Part shown: positions 43,934-53,493 of the stretch, one piece after another
Numbering within the stretch: position 1 is the stretch's first letter
How the letters are laid out: the number at the start of each line of letters is the position of its first letter
Assembly: GCA_016223205.1 (NCBI GenBank)
Contig: JACRPM010000013.1
Location: 5,002 to 69,001, forward strand
Length of the DNA stretch: 64,000 nucleotides
Source of the DNA: Candidatus Saganbacteria bacterium
GTDB lineage: Bacteria > Margulisbacteria > WOR-1 > XYC2-FULL-46-14 > WPAF01
Direction: 5' to 3'
Notes under the pieces: model-generated
Seen by the model: the letters and a program-made list of their open reading frames with translations, nothing else
Told to the model about the DNA's origin: nothing
Databases searched by the model: none
Made by a program: the position numbers and the translations under genes

Positions 43934-45117
43934 AGGTTGGCTCCCTGCCCATAGAAATTCCAGATATCCACCACGCGGGAACCCTGGCGGAACTTTAGGT
44001 TTCTATATTCTTTGTGAGGCGCGCCCAGGATGAGGATATCGCTTTTCTTAAGGACGGTCTTGAGGGCGTCAAAGCCGGCCTCGCGAATATAGACATCGGT
44101 GCAGAGCACTGCCTGGGCTTCGACCTCCAGGGCTTTCTTTAACTTGTAGGAAAGGGAATCGCGGCGGTCGTCGCTATCGCCTTTAAAAGCCATGCCCAGG
44201 ATGCCTACCGTTTTTTGGCTAAGGTCGTAGTTCTCCTTGAGCTGTTTGATGATGAAATTGGGCAGGCCCTCGTTAATAAGCATGGCAGCGTGGCCGAGGA
44301 AGAATGAATTTTCGGCAAAAGCCGCGATCTGCATAGTGTCTTTAAATAAACACGGCCCGGCGGCAAAGCCAGGGGAGGGGAAATCGGCGGTGCGGGGGTA
44401 TTTGTGCTTTACGGCGTGGAAGATCTTGTAGAAATCAAGCCCTCTTCCTTCGGCGATGGTGAAGAACTGGTTGGCGACTGCGAACTGGATGTAGCGCCAG
44501 GCGTTGGTCATAAGTTTCGCCAACTCCGCTTCTTCCGGCGAGAGCACGATCACATCTTTGGCGATCTTCTTGAAAAGTTTCTCGGCGGAGGTCGCCGAGG
44601 CCTGGTCCACCCCGCTTACGATCTGGGGAAGGGACTTTAATTCTTCCATGGCGTAGCCCTGGGCCACGCGCTCGGGGGCAAAGGCCACCTTGATGTTCTT
44701 GTTCTTAACCAGGTTCTTCACCAGCCGAGTGGTCCCCGGATAGATGGTGCTGCGCAAGATGATGGTCTGGCCGGGTTTTAAATATTTCTGCAGTTCTTTC
44801 AGGGTGCGGTGGATATCCTGGATGCGCGGGTTCAAGAACTCATCGATCGGCGTGCCGATGATGATGACGACGTGTTCGCTGTCGCTGATGACCCGGGGAT
44901 TATCGGAAACCAGAAGTTTCTTATTATTTAGGGTCTTTTTGAGCCTGGGAGCGGCGCCTCTTTCCAAAAAAGGCATCTCTCCGCGGGCCACCCGGGCGAT
45001 GGCTTTTTCGTTTATGTCGTAGATTACGGTCTTTAAACCGCGATCGGCGAAAGTGATCGCCAGGGGCAGGCCCACATGGCCGCAGCCGCCCACCACGCAC
45101 ACCTGATGCTTGAACAT
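43930..45117 (-). CDS. Nucleotide-sugar dehydrogenase (UDP-GlcNAc/ManNAc type)
   Basis: GHVGLPLA, PERV, AELAKL, AGPCLFKD, GMAFK. Confidence 0.9.
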   Translation of the reverse strand: MFKHQVCVVGGCGHVGLPLAITFADRGLKTVIYDINEKAIARVARGEMPFLERGAAPRLKKTLNNKKLLVSDNPRVISDSEHVVIIIGTPIDEFLNPRIQDIHRTLKELQKYLKPGQTIILRSTIYPGTTRLVKNLVKNKNIKVAFAPERVAQGYAMEELKSLPQIVSGVDQASATSAEKLFKKIAKDVIVLSPEEAELAKLMTNAWRYIQFAVANQFFTIAEGRGLDFYKIFHAVKHKYPRTADFPSPGFAAGPCLFKDTMQIAAFAENSFFLGHAAMLINEGLPNFIIKQLKENYDLSQKTVGILGMAFKGDSDDRRDSLSYKLKKALEVEAQAVLCTDVYIREAGFDALKTVLKKSDILILGAPHKEYRNLKFRQGSRVVDIWNFYGQGANL

Positions 45118-45129
45118 ATGATTATTGTA

Positions 45130-46191
45130 TCATATTTTCAAAGAAGCGATTGGCTTGAGGTCCAGAGCAGCGAATTGCTTTTTCTTGAATTTATAGTAAG
45201 CGGCGCAGGCGATCATGGCGGCGTTGTCGGTCGAGTATTCCAGAGGCGGGAGCATAACCTCGAGGCCGTCTTTTTCTCCGCGTTCTTTCAACTGCTGTCT
45301 TAAAGCCGAATTGGCGGAAACCCCGCCCGCTAGAGCCACCCTTCCTATACCCTTGTCAAAGGCCGCCCTTATTAGTTTGTCTATCAGGGTTTCGACCACT
45401 GTTTGCTGGAAACTCGCGGCCAGGTCCTCGATCTTCACCCCGCTCAAGCGGGTAACCGCGGTCTTGATGCCGCTGAAGGAGAAATCGTAGCCAAATGATT
45501 CTTCGATCATCGGTTTCTTGAAAGTAATGGCGTGGGGATCGCCTTTTTTCGCGAGTTCATCGATGATGGGGCCGCCGGGATAGCCCAGGTTCAAAAAGCG
45601 CGCCACTTTATCGTAGGCCTCGCCCACCGCGTCGTCCCGCGTCCTGCCTAGAGTTTCATATTTGCCGTGGTCTTTCATTAGGACTAGCAGGGTATGGCCG
45701 CCGGAGACGATCAGGCAGATGAAGGGGAAACTTATACCCCCTCTGTCCCTCGGCTCCCTCGATGGGACTCGGGACAAGTTCGCTCGGGACATCTCCCCCT
45801 TATTAAGAGGGAGAGAAGAGAGGGGGTAAAGAAAGTTTGAATAAATATGGCCCTCGAGATGATTCACTCCGATCAGGGGCTTCTTCAGGGACCAGGCCAA
45901 AGCTTTGGCGGCGCACAATCCTACCAATAATGAGCCGACCAGGCCCGGACCGTAAGTGACGGCGACGGCGTCCAGGTCCTTGAACTTTTTCCCGGCTTTC
46001 TCTAAAGCTTCGGCGATCACCGGATTTATGGCCTCGATATGCTTGCGGGATGCGACCTCGGGGACAATGCCGCCGTATTTTTTATGGAACTCGTTCTGCG
46101 AAGCCACCACGCTGGAAAGGACTTTCTTTCCATCCTCTAAAACCGCCGCCGCGGTCTCGTCGCACGAAGTTTCGATAGCTAGGAGCTTCAT
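45130..46191 (-). CDS. tsaD: tRNA N6-adenosine threonylcarbamoyltransferase, with in-frame repeat insertion
   Basis: IETSCDET, HLEGH, SGGHT, DDAVGEAYDK, TDNAAMI. Confidence 0.95.
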   Translation of the reverse strand: MKLLAIETSCDETAAAVLEDGKKVLSSVVASQNEFHKKYGGIVPEVASRKHIEAINPVIAEALEKAGKKFKDLDAVAVTYGPGLVGSLLVGLCAAKALAWSLKKPLIGVNHLEGHIYSNFLYPLSSLPLNKGEMSRANLSRVPSREPRDRGGISFPFICLIVSGGHTLLVLMKDHGKYETLGRTRDDAVGEAYDKVARFLNLGYPGGPIIDELAKKGDPHAITFKKPMIEESFGYDFSFSGIKTAVTRLSGVKIEDLAASFQQTVVETLIDKLIRAAFDKGIGRVALAGGVSANSALRQQLKERGEKDGLEVMLPPLEYSTDNAAMIACAAYYKFKKKQFAALDLKPIASLKI

Positions 46192-46192
46192 T

Positions 46193-47191
46193 CTAGAACT
46201 GCTTCAATTCCCCATTGGCCGGAACGAACCAGTTTGGATTAGCGATGTCCGTGGCCAGCTTTTTCGCGCCGGGCTTGAAGTCAAGTTTCTTCAAATCGAT
46301 GGCCCGCAGGTTCAGGTTCTCATCATCGATCACGTATAATATTAGATTTTTGTGGTCGCGGATCAAGCCGTATTCGGTGATATTCCCCACCCGCTCCCCG
46401 TTGACCAGGGTCACCCGGTTCAAGATGTGGTTGGCGTTATTCACCGCTTCGCGGGCGTCCTTGGACCGCTCCACGAATTTATTTAAAGTGTAGATCCTGA
46501 CGAAGCGGCTATCGGGCATGGAATCGCCGGGCAAGCCCCGCATGCCTTCGCGCGTGTTGGTCAACTTCTTATATTTTTCCAAATTCTTGACCTGGTCGGG
46601 GAAAGGCGGATCGTTGGTCACCACGTTATAGGGATTATCATAGATATTCATCTTGCCGCCGACGAATTCGACCACCAGGCTCTTTTTGTTCCGGTCATGG
46701 ATCGAGAGGTGGAGCGGGAAGTACATGTTCTTCATTTCTTTGACCGGCGCTCCGGCGACGGTTACGCTCTCTAACCCTTTTTTGACCTCGTCGACGGTGG
46801 CAAAACTGCCCAGGATCCAGCGGACCACGTCGCCGACCTGGATGACTTTATCCCGGGAGACCTTGGCTGTGTCCGGATATTTGGTCCCGGCCAGCCAGAG
46901 GGTCCCGACCGACAAACCTTTTTCGTTCAATCCGTCGGAAAAAGCGGGCAGGCGGGCGAGGTTGGTGCCGACGAAACCATACTTGGTAGGGGAGAGCGCG
47001 GAGACACCTTTTTCCCCGCGGGGAACGACGACCACCTGCGCCTGCAGAGGGATGCCGAAATCCATACTGCGGGCCGAGACGACCTGGGAGCCGGAATTAT
47101 TGAGCAGGAAGTCGGAGCACGACCAGCCGATCTGCGCCAAGGCGCCGAAGGTGAAGGTTGCGAGCAAAGTTACAATAATTATCTTTTTCAT
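46193..47191 (-). CDS. Ntn hydrolase (choloylglycine hydrolase/penicillin V acylase family)
   Basis: Signal peptide, then C-S-D..ARSMDF, DGLNEKGL, TNDP, SRFVR. Confidence 0.85.
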   Translation of the reverse strand: MKKIIIVTLLATFTFGALAQIGWSCSDFLLNNSGSQVVSARSMDFGIPLQAQVVVVPRGEKGVSALSPTKYGFVGTNLARLPAFSDGLNEKGLSVGTLWLAGTKYPDTAKVSRDKVIQVGDVVRWILGSFATVDEVKKGLESVTVAGAPVKEMKNMYFPLHLSIHDRNKKSLVVEFVGGKMNIYDNPYNVVTNDPPFPDQVKNLEKYKKLTNTREGMRGLPGDSMPDSRFVRIYTLNKFVERSKDAREAVNNANHILNRVTLVNGERVGNITEYGLIRDHKNLILYVIDDENLNLRAIDLKKLDFKPGAKKLATDIANPNWFVPANGELKQF

Positions 47192-47637
47192 AATGACGCC
47201 GCAAATCTCAACGCCACCCCGTTGATGCAGTATCTTTTCCCGGTAGGCGGCGGGCCGTCATCAAAGACATGGCCCAAATGCGCCCCGCAGCGGGCGCAGA
47301 CCACCTCGGTCCTTTGTCTTCCGAAAGAATTATCCGGCCTTTCTTTGACGTTGAGCGGTGAGACGGGCTCGTAAAAGCTCGGCCAGCCGGTGCCGGACTC
47401 GAACTTGGTCCCCGCTTTAAAGAGGGCGGTGCCGCAGCGGATACAGCGATAGGTGCCGTTCTCCTTGATCTTTTCATAAGTGCAAGTGAAGGGCTGTTCG
47501 GTCCCCTGGTTGGTCGTGACCTCGTACTGCTCCGGCGTTAGGATCTTTTTCCATTCTTCATTGCTTTTCTCAATGGTTTCGACCGGCATTATCCGGTTAT
47601 TGTCCACATCGAAGATCTCAATCTTCTTTTCATTCAT
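47188..47637 (-). CDS. msrB: Peptide-methionine (R)-sulfoxide reductase
   Basis: KFESGTGWPSF, HLGHVFDDGP, RYCING. Confidence 0.95.
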   Translation of the reverse strand: MNEKKIEIFDVDNNRIMPVETIEKSNEEWKKILTPEQYEVTTNQGTEQPFTCTYEKIKENGTYRCIRCGTALFKAGTKFESGTGWPSFYEPVSPLNVKERPDNSFGRQRTEVVCARCGAHLGHVFDDGPPPTGKRYCINGVALRFAASL

Positions 47638-47730
47638 ATAGCATCTCCTTGGGGACATTATACTACGATGTTGTTCCTGACGCCCCCGGCAAGAATCGCT
47701 ACACTTTTGGCTCCAATGTGACGCTTTTGG

Positions 47731-47747
47731 CTGGCATGGTAATTGCT
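47731..47747 (+). promoter_or_regulatory. Sigma54-type -24/-12 promoter
   Basis: CTGGCATGGTAATTGCT = TGGCA(C/T)-N5-TTGC, 23 nt before ATG 47771 with AAGGAGGT RBS. Confidence 0.6.
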
Positions 47748-47770
47748 GTTAGGCGGTAAGGAGGTGCTTT

Positions 47771-48196
47771 ATGGAAGAGGCGATAAATAACAAATCACAA
47801 GCATCAAAAAACAAACAAATGGAAAATAACAAAGGAACAAATATCAAACGGTACGATCTGGAGGAGAGGACGTTGAGGTTTGCCGGGCAGATCAATGCCC
47901 TGGTTAATGGTTTATCCAGGACAAATTCCAACATGGAAAACGGCAAACAGCTGATACGGTCAGCCGGTTCTGTGGGAGCCAACTATATCGAGGCCAATGA
48001 GGCATTGAGCAAGAAGGACTTCATTATGAGGGTTAAAATCGCCCGCAAAGAAGCCAAGGAAAGCCGCTTTTGGCTGAGCTTGATCGTACCACGGACCGAA
48101 AAGCTACCCATTATAAATGTGTTAATTAATGAAGCCACAGAACTGATCAAGATTTTTAGTTCTATTCTCCTCAAGTGTGGGGTGACGAAATACTAA
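47771..48196 (+). CDS. Four-helix-bundle protein (IVS/bAvd-like family)
   Basis: YDLEERT, KQLIRSAGSVGANYIEANEA, KIARKEAKESRFWL. Confidence 0.9.
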   Translation: MEEAINNKSQASKNKQMENNKGTNIKRYDLEERTLRFAGQINALVNGLSRTNSNMENGKQLIRSAGSVGANYIEANEALSKKDFIMRVKIARKEAKESRFWLSLIVPRTEKLPIINVLINEATELIKIFSSILLKCGVTKY

Positions 48197-48345
48197 AGAG
48201 GGAAGCATCAAGCATCAAAAAACAAAAGACAAACAAAATCCAATATTAAATATTGTTATTTTGGTATTGTTTGTTTTTTGTATTTTGTTTTGTTTGTTAT
48301 TTTGTTCACTTCCTCCCCTGCTTCTCAATATAGTATGATAGCCCC

Positions 48346-48735
48346 GTGACAATATATCTGATGCGCCACGGGGAAACTGTGTCAGAGCAAGCCGATCCCA
48401 AGCGCCCGCTTTCCGACCTGGGCCGGGCCCAAGTCGAAAGATCCGCGCGGGTCCTGCTTAAGGAAAAAGCTAAAATTGATGAGATCTGGCACAGCACCAA
48501 GCTGCGCGCCCGGCAAACGGCAGAGATCGTCTCCCAAATACTCGGGGTAAAGAACGTTCTGGAAAAACCGGGTCTTACTCCCTTCGACGATCCTGCCCCC
48601 ATCGCGGAACTGCTCAAGACGGCCGACAAGAACATCCTGATAGCCGGCCATATGCCTTTTTTGGGAGAGCTGGCTTTGTTGTTTGGGAAGTCGGTTATGG
48701 GATTTGAGAACGGCGGGGTCGTGCGGTTGGGGTAG
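48346..48735 (+). CDS. sixA: Phosphohistidine phosphatase SixA
   Basis: YLMRHG, RPLS, RARQTA, GHMPFL. Confidence 0.88.
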   Translation: MTIYLMRHGETVSEQADPKRPLSDLGRAQVERSARVLLKEKAKIDEIWHSTKLRARQTAEIVSQILGVKNVLEKPGLTPFDDPAPIAELLKTADKNILIAGHMPFLGELALLFGKSVMGFENGGVVRLG

Positions 48736-48783
48736 AGTCGGGCGAATCGTCCGGGGTCTGGCGTCCCGCGCGCCGCCCACCGC

Positions 48784-49428
48784 CTAAGGGCTAGCGGCGT
48801 TAGGGAAGATAAAGTTGCGCAAGAAGACGGTTCTGAAACCATGTTGATCGAACATTTGTCCGGCAGAGTAGACGCAACCCTCCGGCCTATGCGTGGGGCC
48901 AAAAACACCCAGTTCCCCCATCAAGTGGATGGTCGAGAACCCTAGAGGCCTTAAAGTATCGAACAGGAGATCCCATGCTTCCCCTTCCTTCATAGGCTCG
49001 CCCCACCACGGCACCACATCAGTTTCAAGAGTAGGCACCTCTATTGCCACGCCGGTCCTGAAGGGAAAATCCCGCAGGAATCCGAGCATACGATCTCTCT
49101 GCCTGCGGTCGATAAATATCAGCAGAGGCGATCTGTTACCCTGAATCTTTTGCCGGACGAATGCTTTGTACCTTTGGTACGCTTTCTCGCCGAAAGCCCT
49201 TTTGAGCGCATTGTTCCCGGGAGAGCTTAATATTTGACGCAAGTCGCGCCAATTCTCCCTCTCGTTGGGCGCGGGATGATAAATATTAATTTGGGAAAAA
49301 CCAGGATGAACCCAGGCCAGGCCGGTCCCCTCCCTGCGGGACAGGACTCCGCTTACTCTTTTGGCCTCGGCGGCATCATAACTCGGGCCGGGGCAATAAA
49401 TGCGTATCGGCCGCAACTTATCGATCAT
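48784..49428 (-). CDS. Orphan hypothetical protein
   Basis: 214-aa ORF directly downstream of motif site 11. Confidence 0.7.
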   Translation of the reverse strand: MIDKLRPIRIYCPGPSYDAAEAKRVSGVLSRREGTGLAWVHPGFSQINIYHPAPNERENWRDLRQILSSPGNNALKRAFGEKAYQRYKAFVRQKIQGNRSPLLIFIDRRQRDRMLGFLRDFPFRTGVAIEVPTLETDVVPWWGEPMKEGEAWDLLFDTLRPLGFSTIHLMGELGVFGPTHRPEGCVYSAGQMFDQHGFRTVFLRNFIFPNAASP

Positions 49429-49435
49429 ATTTTAT

Positions 49436-49462
49436 TATCGAAGCCGAAGGGGAATAATTTCA
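49436..49462 (-). promoter_or_regulatory. Alternative-sigma-type motif (site 11)
   Basis: Minus strand TGAAATTATTCCCCTTCGGCTTCGATA, 7 nt before the ATG. Confidence 0.75.
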
Positions 49463-49568
49463 GATCTTAAGCATGAGAGCGCCCTCCGCCCGACGAAACG
49501 CACTTCGCAACCGTCCAACGCATTACGCCTCTTTGTAGTATAATTACCCTGTAAAAAGGAGGCCAAAC

Positions 49569-49745
49569 ATGACTTGTAAACCCAACGGAGCCGAAAGCGC
49601 CGTCTACGGCCTGGGCCTGATCGGCGCGCTGGTTTATTATATCCAGCACGCGACCTCGTTCTGGAATGGGATACTGGGGATCATCTATTCCTTTTTCTGG
49701 CCGGCTTTCCTGGTCTTCAAACTGTTAGAATTCTTTAAGATGTAG
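49569..49745 (+). CDS. Small 58-aa membrane protein (not in the ORF track)
   Basis: TATAAT promoter, AAGGAGG RBS, MTCKPNGAESAVYGLGLIGALVYYIQHATSFWNGILGIIYSFFWPAFLVFKLLEFFKM. Confidence 0.8.
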   Translation: MTCKPNGAESAVYGLGLIGALVYYIQHATSFWNGILGIIYSFFWPAFLVFKLLEFFKM

Positions 49746-49755
49746 TTGCGCCCTT

Positions 49756-50166
49756 TTATCTAATCCCCTGCTTCAGCGCCCGATCGACGGCGACCATAAG
49801 CGTGCGGCTGCTGGAGGATGCGCCAGTCACCGCATCCACTTTGGGGGACTGGGCCTTCATCATTCGATCGATGGTCACCCGTGCCTCGTAGCCCGGACCG
49901 CATTTCTGGTCAACTAGGGTGATCTTTTTTATCCGGTGGTTCTTGACCGTTACTTCAACTCTGGCAGAAACCACAAAATTGCCGAAACTGCCCACATAGG
50001 TCCCGTCGGCCACTTTTTTAAGATCGACCTTCGTGAGCTTGGCGCTTTCTTTTTCGATAGAACCAGCCATTCCCGCCAATCGATACATCAACAGCCCCAC
50101 ACCGAGAACGATCAGCAATAAGATAACTCCGACGGTGATAAGGATCTTTTTAAGCATATTATTCAC
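49756..50166 (-). CDS. FMN-binding domain membrane protein
   Basis: DGTYVG, VDAVTGAS flavinylation-type motif. Confidence 0.85.
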   Translation of the reverse strand: MNNMLKKILITVGVILLLIVLGVGLLMYRLAGMAGSIEKESAKLTKVDLKKVADGTYVGSFGNFVVSARVEVTVKNHRIKKITLVDQKCGPGYEARVTIDRMMKAQSPKVDAVTGASSSSRTLMVAVDRALKQGIR

Positions 50167-50199
50167 TCCTTAGGGCATAATGGCCCGCGCGCAGTCCAC

Positions 50200-50658
50200 T
50201 CAACAATGGCCTCCCGGATGTTTTAAGAAATATTTTTGGTGATACTCCTCCGCCCGCCAGAAGGTTCCCGCCGGGACGATCTCGGTAACTATCGGCTTTT
50301 GGTATTTTTTCTGTTCTTTCTCTTTTGAGATAAGCGCCGCCCGCTTTTGCCCTTCATCATGATAAAAGATCGCCGAGCGGTACTGCGAACCGATATCCGG
50401 GCCCTGGCGGTTGGGAGTGGTGGGGTCGTGCAGTCCCCAAAAGGTCTCCAACAGTTTTTCGTAGCTTATGATCTTGGGATCAAATTCGAGCTGGAGGGCT
50501 TCGGCGTGGCCGGTCTTATCCGAGCAAACGTTCTCATAGGTAGGATCTTTAAAATGCCCGCCGGTGTAGCCGACGGCGGTTTGGGTAACGCCCTTAAGCC
50601 GGCTGAATTGCTCCTCAACCCCCCAGAAACACCCGGCGGCGAAGGTGGCTTGCGGCAT
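50200..50658 (-). CDS. msrA: Peptide-methionine (S)-sulfoxide reductase
   Basis: [26 protein letters not shown]. Confidence 0.95.
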   Translation of the reverse strand: MPQATFAAGCFWGVEEQFSRLKGVTQTAVGYTGGHFKDPTYENVCSDKTGHAEALQLEFDPKIISYEKLLETFWGLHDPTTPNRQGPDIGSQYRSAIFYHDEGQKRAALISKEKEQKKYQKPIVTEIVPAGTFWRAEEYHQKYFLKHPGGHC

Positions 50659-50660
50659 TA

Positions 50661-50846
50661 TTAGGATTTGCTGGCCTGAAAGCCGGACTGGCCCCAGTTT
50701 TCCTTCGGTATGTCCTTGATCACCACGATGACGGCCTCGGGCGGACAGCCCACCGTATCGCACACCGTTTTGGTGACGTTCTTGATGAGCTTTTCTTTGA
50801 TCTCGGGGGAACGGCCGGCCCACATCTCGATATTAATAATAGGCAT
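50661..50846 (-). CDS. 4-oxalocrotonate tautomerase family protein
   Basis: N-terminal Pro, [11 protein letters not shown]. Confidence 0.88.
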   Translation of the reverse strand: MPIINIEMWAGRSPEIKEKLIKNVTKTVCDTVGCPPEAVIVVIKDIPKENWGQSGFQASKS

Positions 50847-50850
50847 GATC

Positions 50851-51435
50851 TCACCTCGCCGGTATTATAGCAGATAACAGCAGTCCGCCCAGGGTTATGA
50901 GGCCGAAGAAAATAAAGGTCGCCGCGCCCAGCCACTTGATGTGGTTTTCCGGAATGAACTTCTTGATGAAACCTCCGGCCAGCGCGGCCGCCAGATTGGC
51001 CGCGACCATTCCCACAGTCGCTCCCAGCCAAACCAAAAAAGGCGCGCCGTATTCGGCTGATAGGGCGAAAGCGGCCAGCTGGGTCTTATCCCCCAGCTCC
51101 GCCATAAAGAAAGCCGAAAAGATGATCCAGAAGGGTTTTCCTTTGTTCTTTTTCGTTTCCTCCGCTTTTTCTTTGCCGAAGAAGGTCCACAGGCCGAAAA
51201 AGATGAACGCGCATCCGGTGAACAATTGCAGGAAAAAATCGGGCACAAAACGGTGGATAGCACCGCCCAATACCACTGCCAGCGCCATTAAGGCGGCGGT
51301 GGCCGAGCCCACCGCGACCATCACTTCCCAGAACGGATAGCGGGCGGTGAGCGCCAGGGTCAATAGCTGGGTTTTATCACCCAGTTCGGCCGCGGCAATG
51401 ATCAAAAAGCTGGAAAAAGCCGGCCACAAATTCAT
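50851..51435 (-). CDS. TMEM165/GDT1 (UPF0016) Mn/Ca transporter
   Basis: Two ELGDKTQL motifs. Confidence 0.92.
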   Translation of the reverse strand: MNLWPAFSSFLIIAAAELGDKTQLLTLALTARYPFWEVMVAVGSATAALMALAVVLGGAIHRFVPDFFLQLFTGCAFIFFGLWTFFGKEKAEETKKNKGKPFWIIFSAFFMAELGDKTQLAAFALSAEYGAPFLVWLGATVGMVAANLAAALAGGFIKKFIPENHIKWLGAATFIFFGLITLGGLLLSAIIPAR

Positions 51436-51475
51436 GGTTCGCCAATTATACTACACTATGTTATAATCCCGCCTT

Positions 51476-52807
51476 GTGGAAAGGTTATCTTTATTAAAAC
51501 TTCGGCATAATCCCAGCATCGTCATCATCGTAAGCTTTGCGCTCATCATCTTGACCGGCGCCCTGCTTTTGTGGCTGCCGTTCTCGACCGCCTCCGGCCA
51601 GACCACCTCTTTTATCGACGCTTACTTCACCGCCAATTCGGCCACCTGCGTCACCGGCCTGGTGGTGGTGGATACCGGCTCGCATTACACCTTTTGGGGC
51701 AAGCTCATCATTTTGGGGCTCATCCAGCTGGGAGGCCTGGGATACATGACCTTTTCCACGCTGATCGTGATCTTGCTTAGACAAAAGGTCTTTATCTCCC
51801 AGCGGCTGGCGGTGAGAGAAGCGCTGAACCTGTTCTCTTCCCAGGGCGCGGTGCGTTTTATCCTATACGTTTTCTCCATCGTCATCTCGGTCGAAAGTTT
51901 AGGCGCGGCTGTGTTGTTTTTTAGGTGGTGGCCGGAGATGGGGCCCGGGGCGGCCTTTAAATCCGGCGTCTTCCACTCGGTCTCGGCCTTCTGCAACGCG
52001 GGGTTCGACATTATGGGGGGGTTCCGGTCCATGACCGCTTATGTGGGAGATCCCGTGGTCAACCTGACGATCATGAGCTTGATCATTATCGGCGGCATCG
52101 GTTTTATGGTTTTGGCGGATATCATCGAACGCCGCAAATTCTCCCTGCATTCCAAGCTGGTGATCATCACCACTTTGTTCTTGATCTTCGGCGGAGCGGG
52201 ATTGTTCTTCTTGTTCGAACATTTAAATCCGCATACTTTGGGAAACCTCCCGCTGGCCGACCAGGTGTGGGCGTCGTTTTTCCAATCGGTCACGGCGCGC
52301 ACGGCGGGATTTAATACTATCGACCTGTCGCGGCTGGCCGGCCCGGCCATCTTTGTCCTGATCTCCTTGATGTTCATCGGGGCCTCTCCGGGAGGCACCG
52401 GAGGCGGCATCAAGACCACCACTTTCGCCCTCCTGCTTTTAACCATGCGGTCGGCCATTTTGGGCCGCTACCATACCGAGGTCTTCGGCCGGAGGATCAA
52501 TTACGAGACGGTGCGCAAGGCCCTGACCATCGCGCTTCTGGCTTTTTTCCTGGTGATCTTCTCTTCGGCGATCGTAAGCTACCAGGGATTTGAATTTTCA
52601 AAGATACTTTTTGAGGTCACTTCGGCCTTCGGCACGGTGGGGCTCTCGATGGGCCTTACCACCAAATTGTCAAACTTGAGCAAGATCGTGGTGGCGCTGA
52701 CCATGTTCATCGGCCGGGTGGGGCCGCTCACCTTGTTCGTGGGCTTAACGCTTAGCAAATATGAAAAGAAGACGACGTTCCCGAAAGAAGATCTATCGAT
52801 AGGATGA
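51476..52807 (+). CDS. trkH: Trk/Ktr potassium uptake membrane subunit
   Basis: SATCVTGL, SAFCNAGF, RTAGF, GGGIKTTT, SAFGTVGLS. Confidence 0.92.
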   Translation: MERLSLLKLRHNPSIVIIVSFALIILTGALLLWLPFSTASGQTTSFIDAYFTANSATCVTGLVVVDTGSHYTFWGKLIILGLIQLGGLGYMTFSTLIVILLRQKVFISQRLAVREALNLFSSQGAVRFILYVFSIVISVESLGAAVLFFRWWPEMGPGAAFKSGVFHSVSAFCNAGFDIMGGFRSMTAYVGDPVVNLTIMSLIIIGGIGFMVLADIIERRKFSLHSKLVIITTLFLIFGGAGLFFLFEHLNPHTLGNLPLADQVWASFFQSVTARTAGFNTIDLSRLAGPAIFVLISLMFIGASPGGTGGGIKTTTFALLLLTMRSAILGRYHTEVFGRRINYETVRKALTIALLAFFLVIFSSAIVSYQGFEFSKILFEVTSAFGTVGLSMGLTTKLSNLSKIVVALTMFIGRVGPLTLFVGLTLSKYEKKTTFPKEDLSIG

Positions 52808-52839
52808 TCCCGCTAGGTCGGGATAAAGGAGAGTAAAAA

Positions 52840-53493
52840 ATGGCGAAGAAGAAACAGTTCGGGGTTTTGGGGCTGGGAAGGTTCGGACAAAAGGTGGCCA
52901 AAGAGCTGGCCATGCGCGACCAGGAAGTGATCGTGATGGATAAGGACGAATCCAAGGTCAACGTGATCAAGGACCTGGTGACCCACGCCTTTATCGGGGA
53001 CATGACGGAGGAGGGTGCGCTTAGGGAGGCCAACATCCCCAATTGCGACATCGTGGTGGTGGGCCAATCCAGCAGCATCGAAGCTAATCTTTTATCGGTC
53101 CAGCTCTGCCAGGAGCTGGGGATCAAGGAGCTGGTGGTGAAGGCGCAATCCACCCTGCACGGCAAGATCTTGAAAAAAATGGGCGTCACTTCGATCGTTT
53201 ATCCCGAACAGGATACCGCGGTCAAGCTGGCCGACAAATTGACCCTGCGCGGGGTCTTGGATTACATGGAGATCAGCAAGGAGTTCGACGTCATCGAACT
53301 GCGGGCCGGGAAAGATTTCAACAACAAAAACCTGCGGGAGCTCAATTTGCGCAAGAAATACAATGTAGCCGTGGTGGCCATCCGGCGCGGGATAGAGTCC
53401 ATCATGAATCCCGACGGGGAGACCGTGATCCTCGACGGCGATATCCTGATCCTGTTGGGCAAGATCGAGGACTTGAACCGCATTACCGGTTAA
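52840..53493 (+). CDS. trkA: Trk/Ktr RCK regulatory subunit
   Basis: GLGRFG, TrkA-N and TrkA-C domains. Confidence 0.9.
   Translation: MAKKKQFGVLGLGRFGQKVAKELAMRDQEVIVMDKDESKVNVIKDLVTHAFIGDMTEEGALREANIPNCDIVVVGQSSSIEANLLSVQLCQELGIKELVVKAQSTLHGKILKKMGVTSIVYPEQDTAVKLADKLTLRGVLDYMEISKEFDVIELRAGKDFNNKNLRELNLRKKYNVAVVAIRRGIESIMNPDGETVILDGDILILLGKIEDLNRITG

Noticed and set aside
47771..48196. Diversity-generating retroelement suggested by the Avd-like protein
   Set aside because: No reverse transcriptase and no TR/VR pair with adenine-specific mismatches seen in the window.
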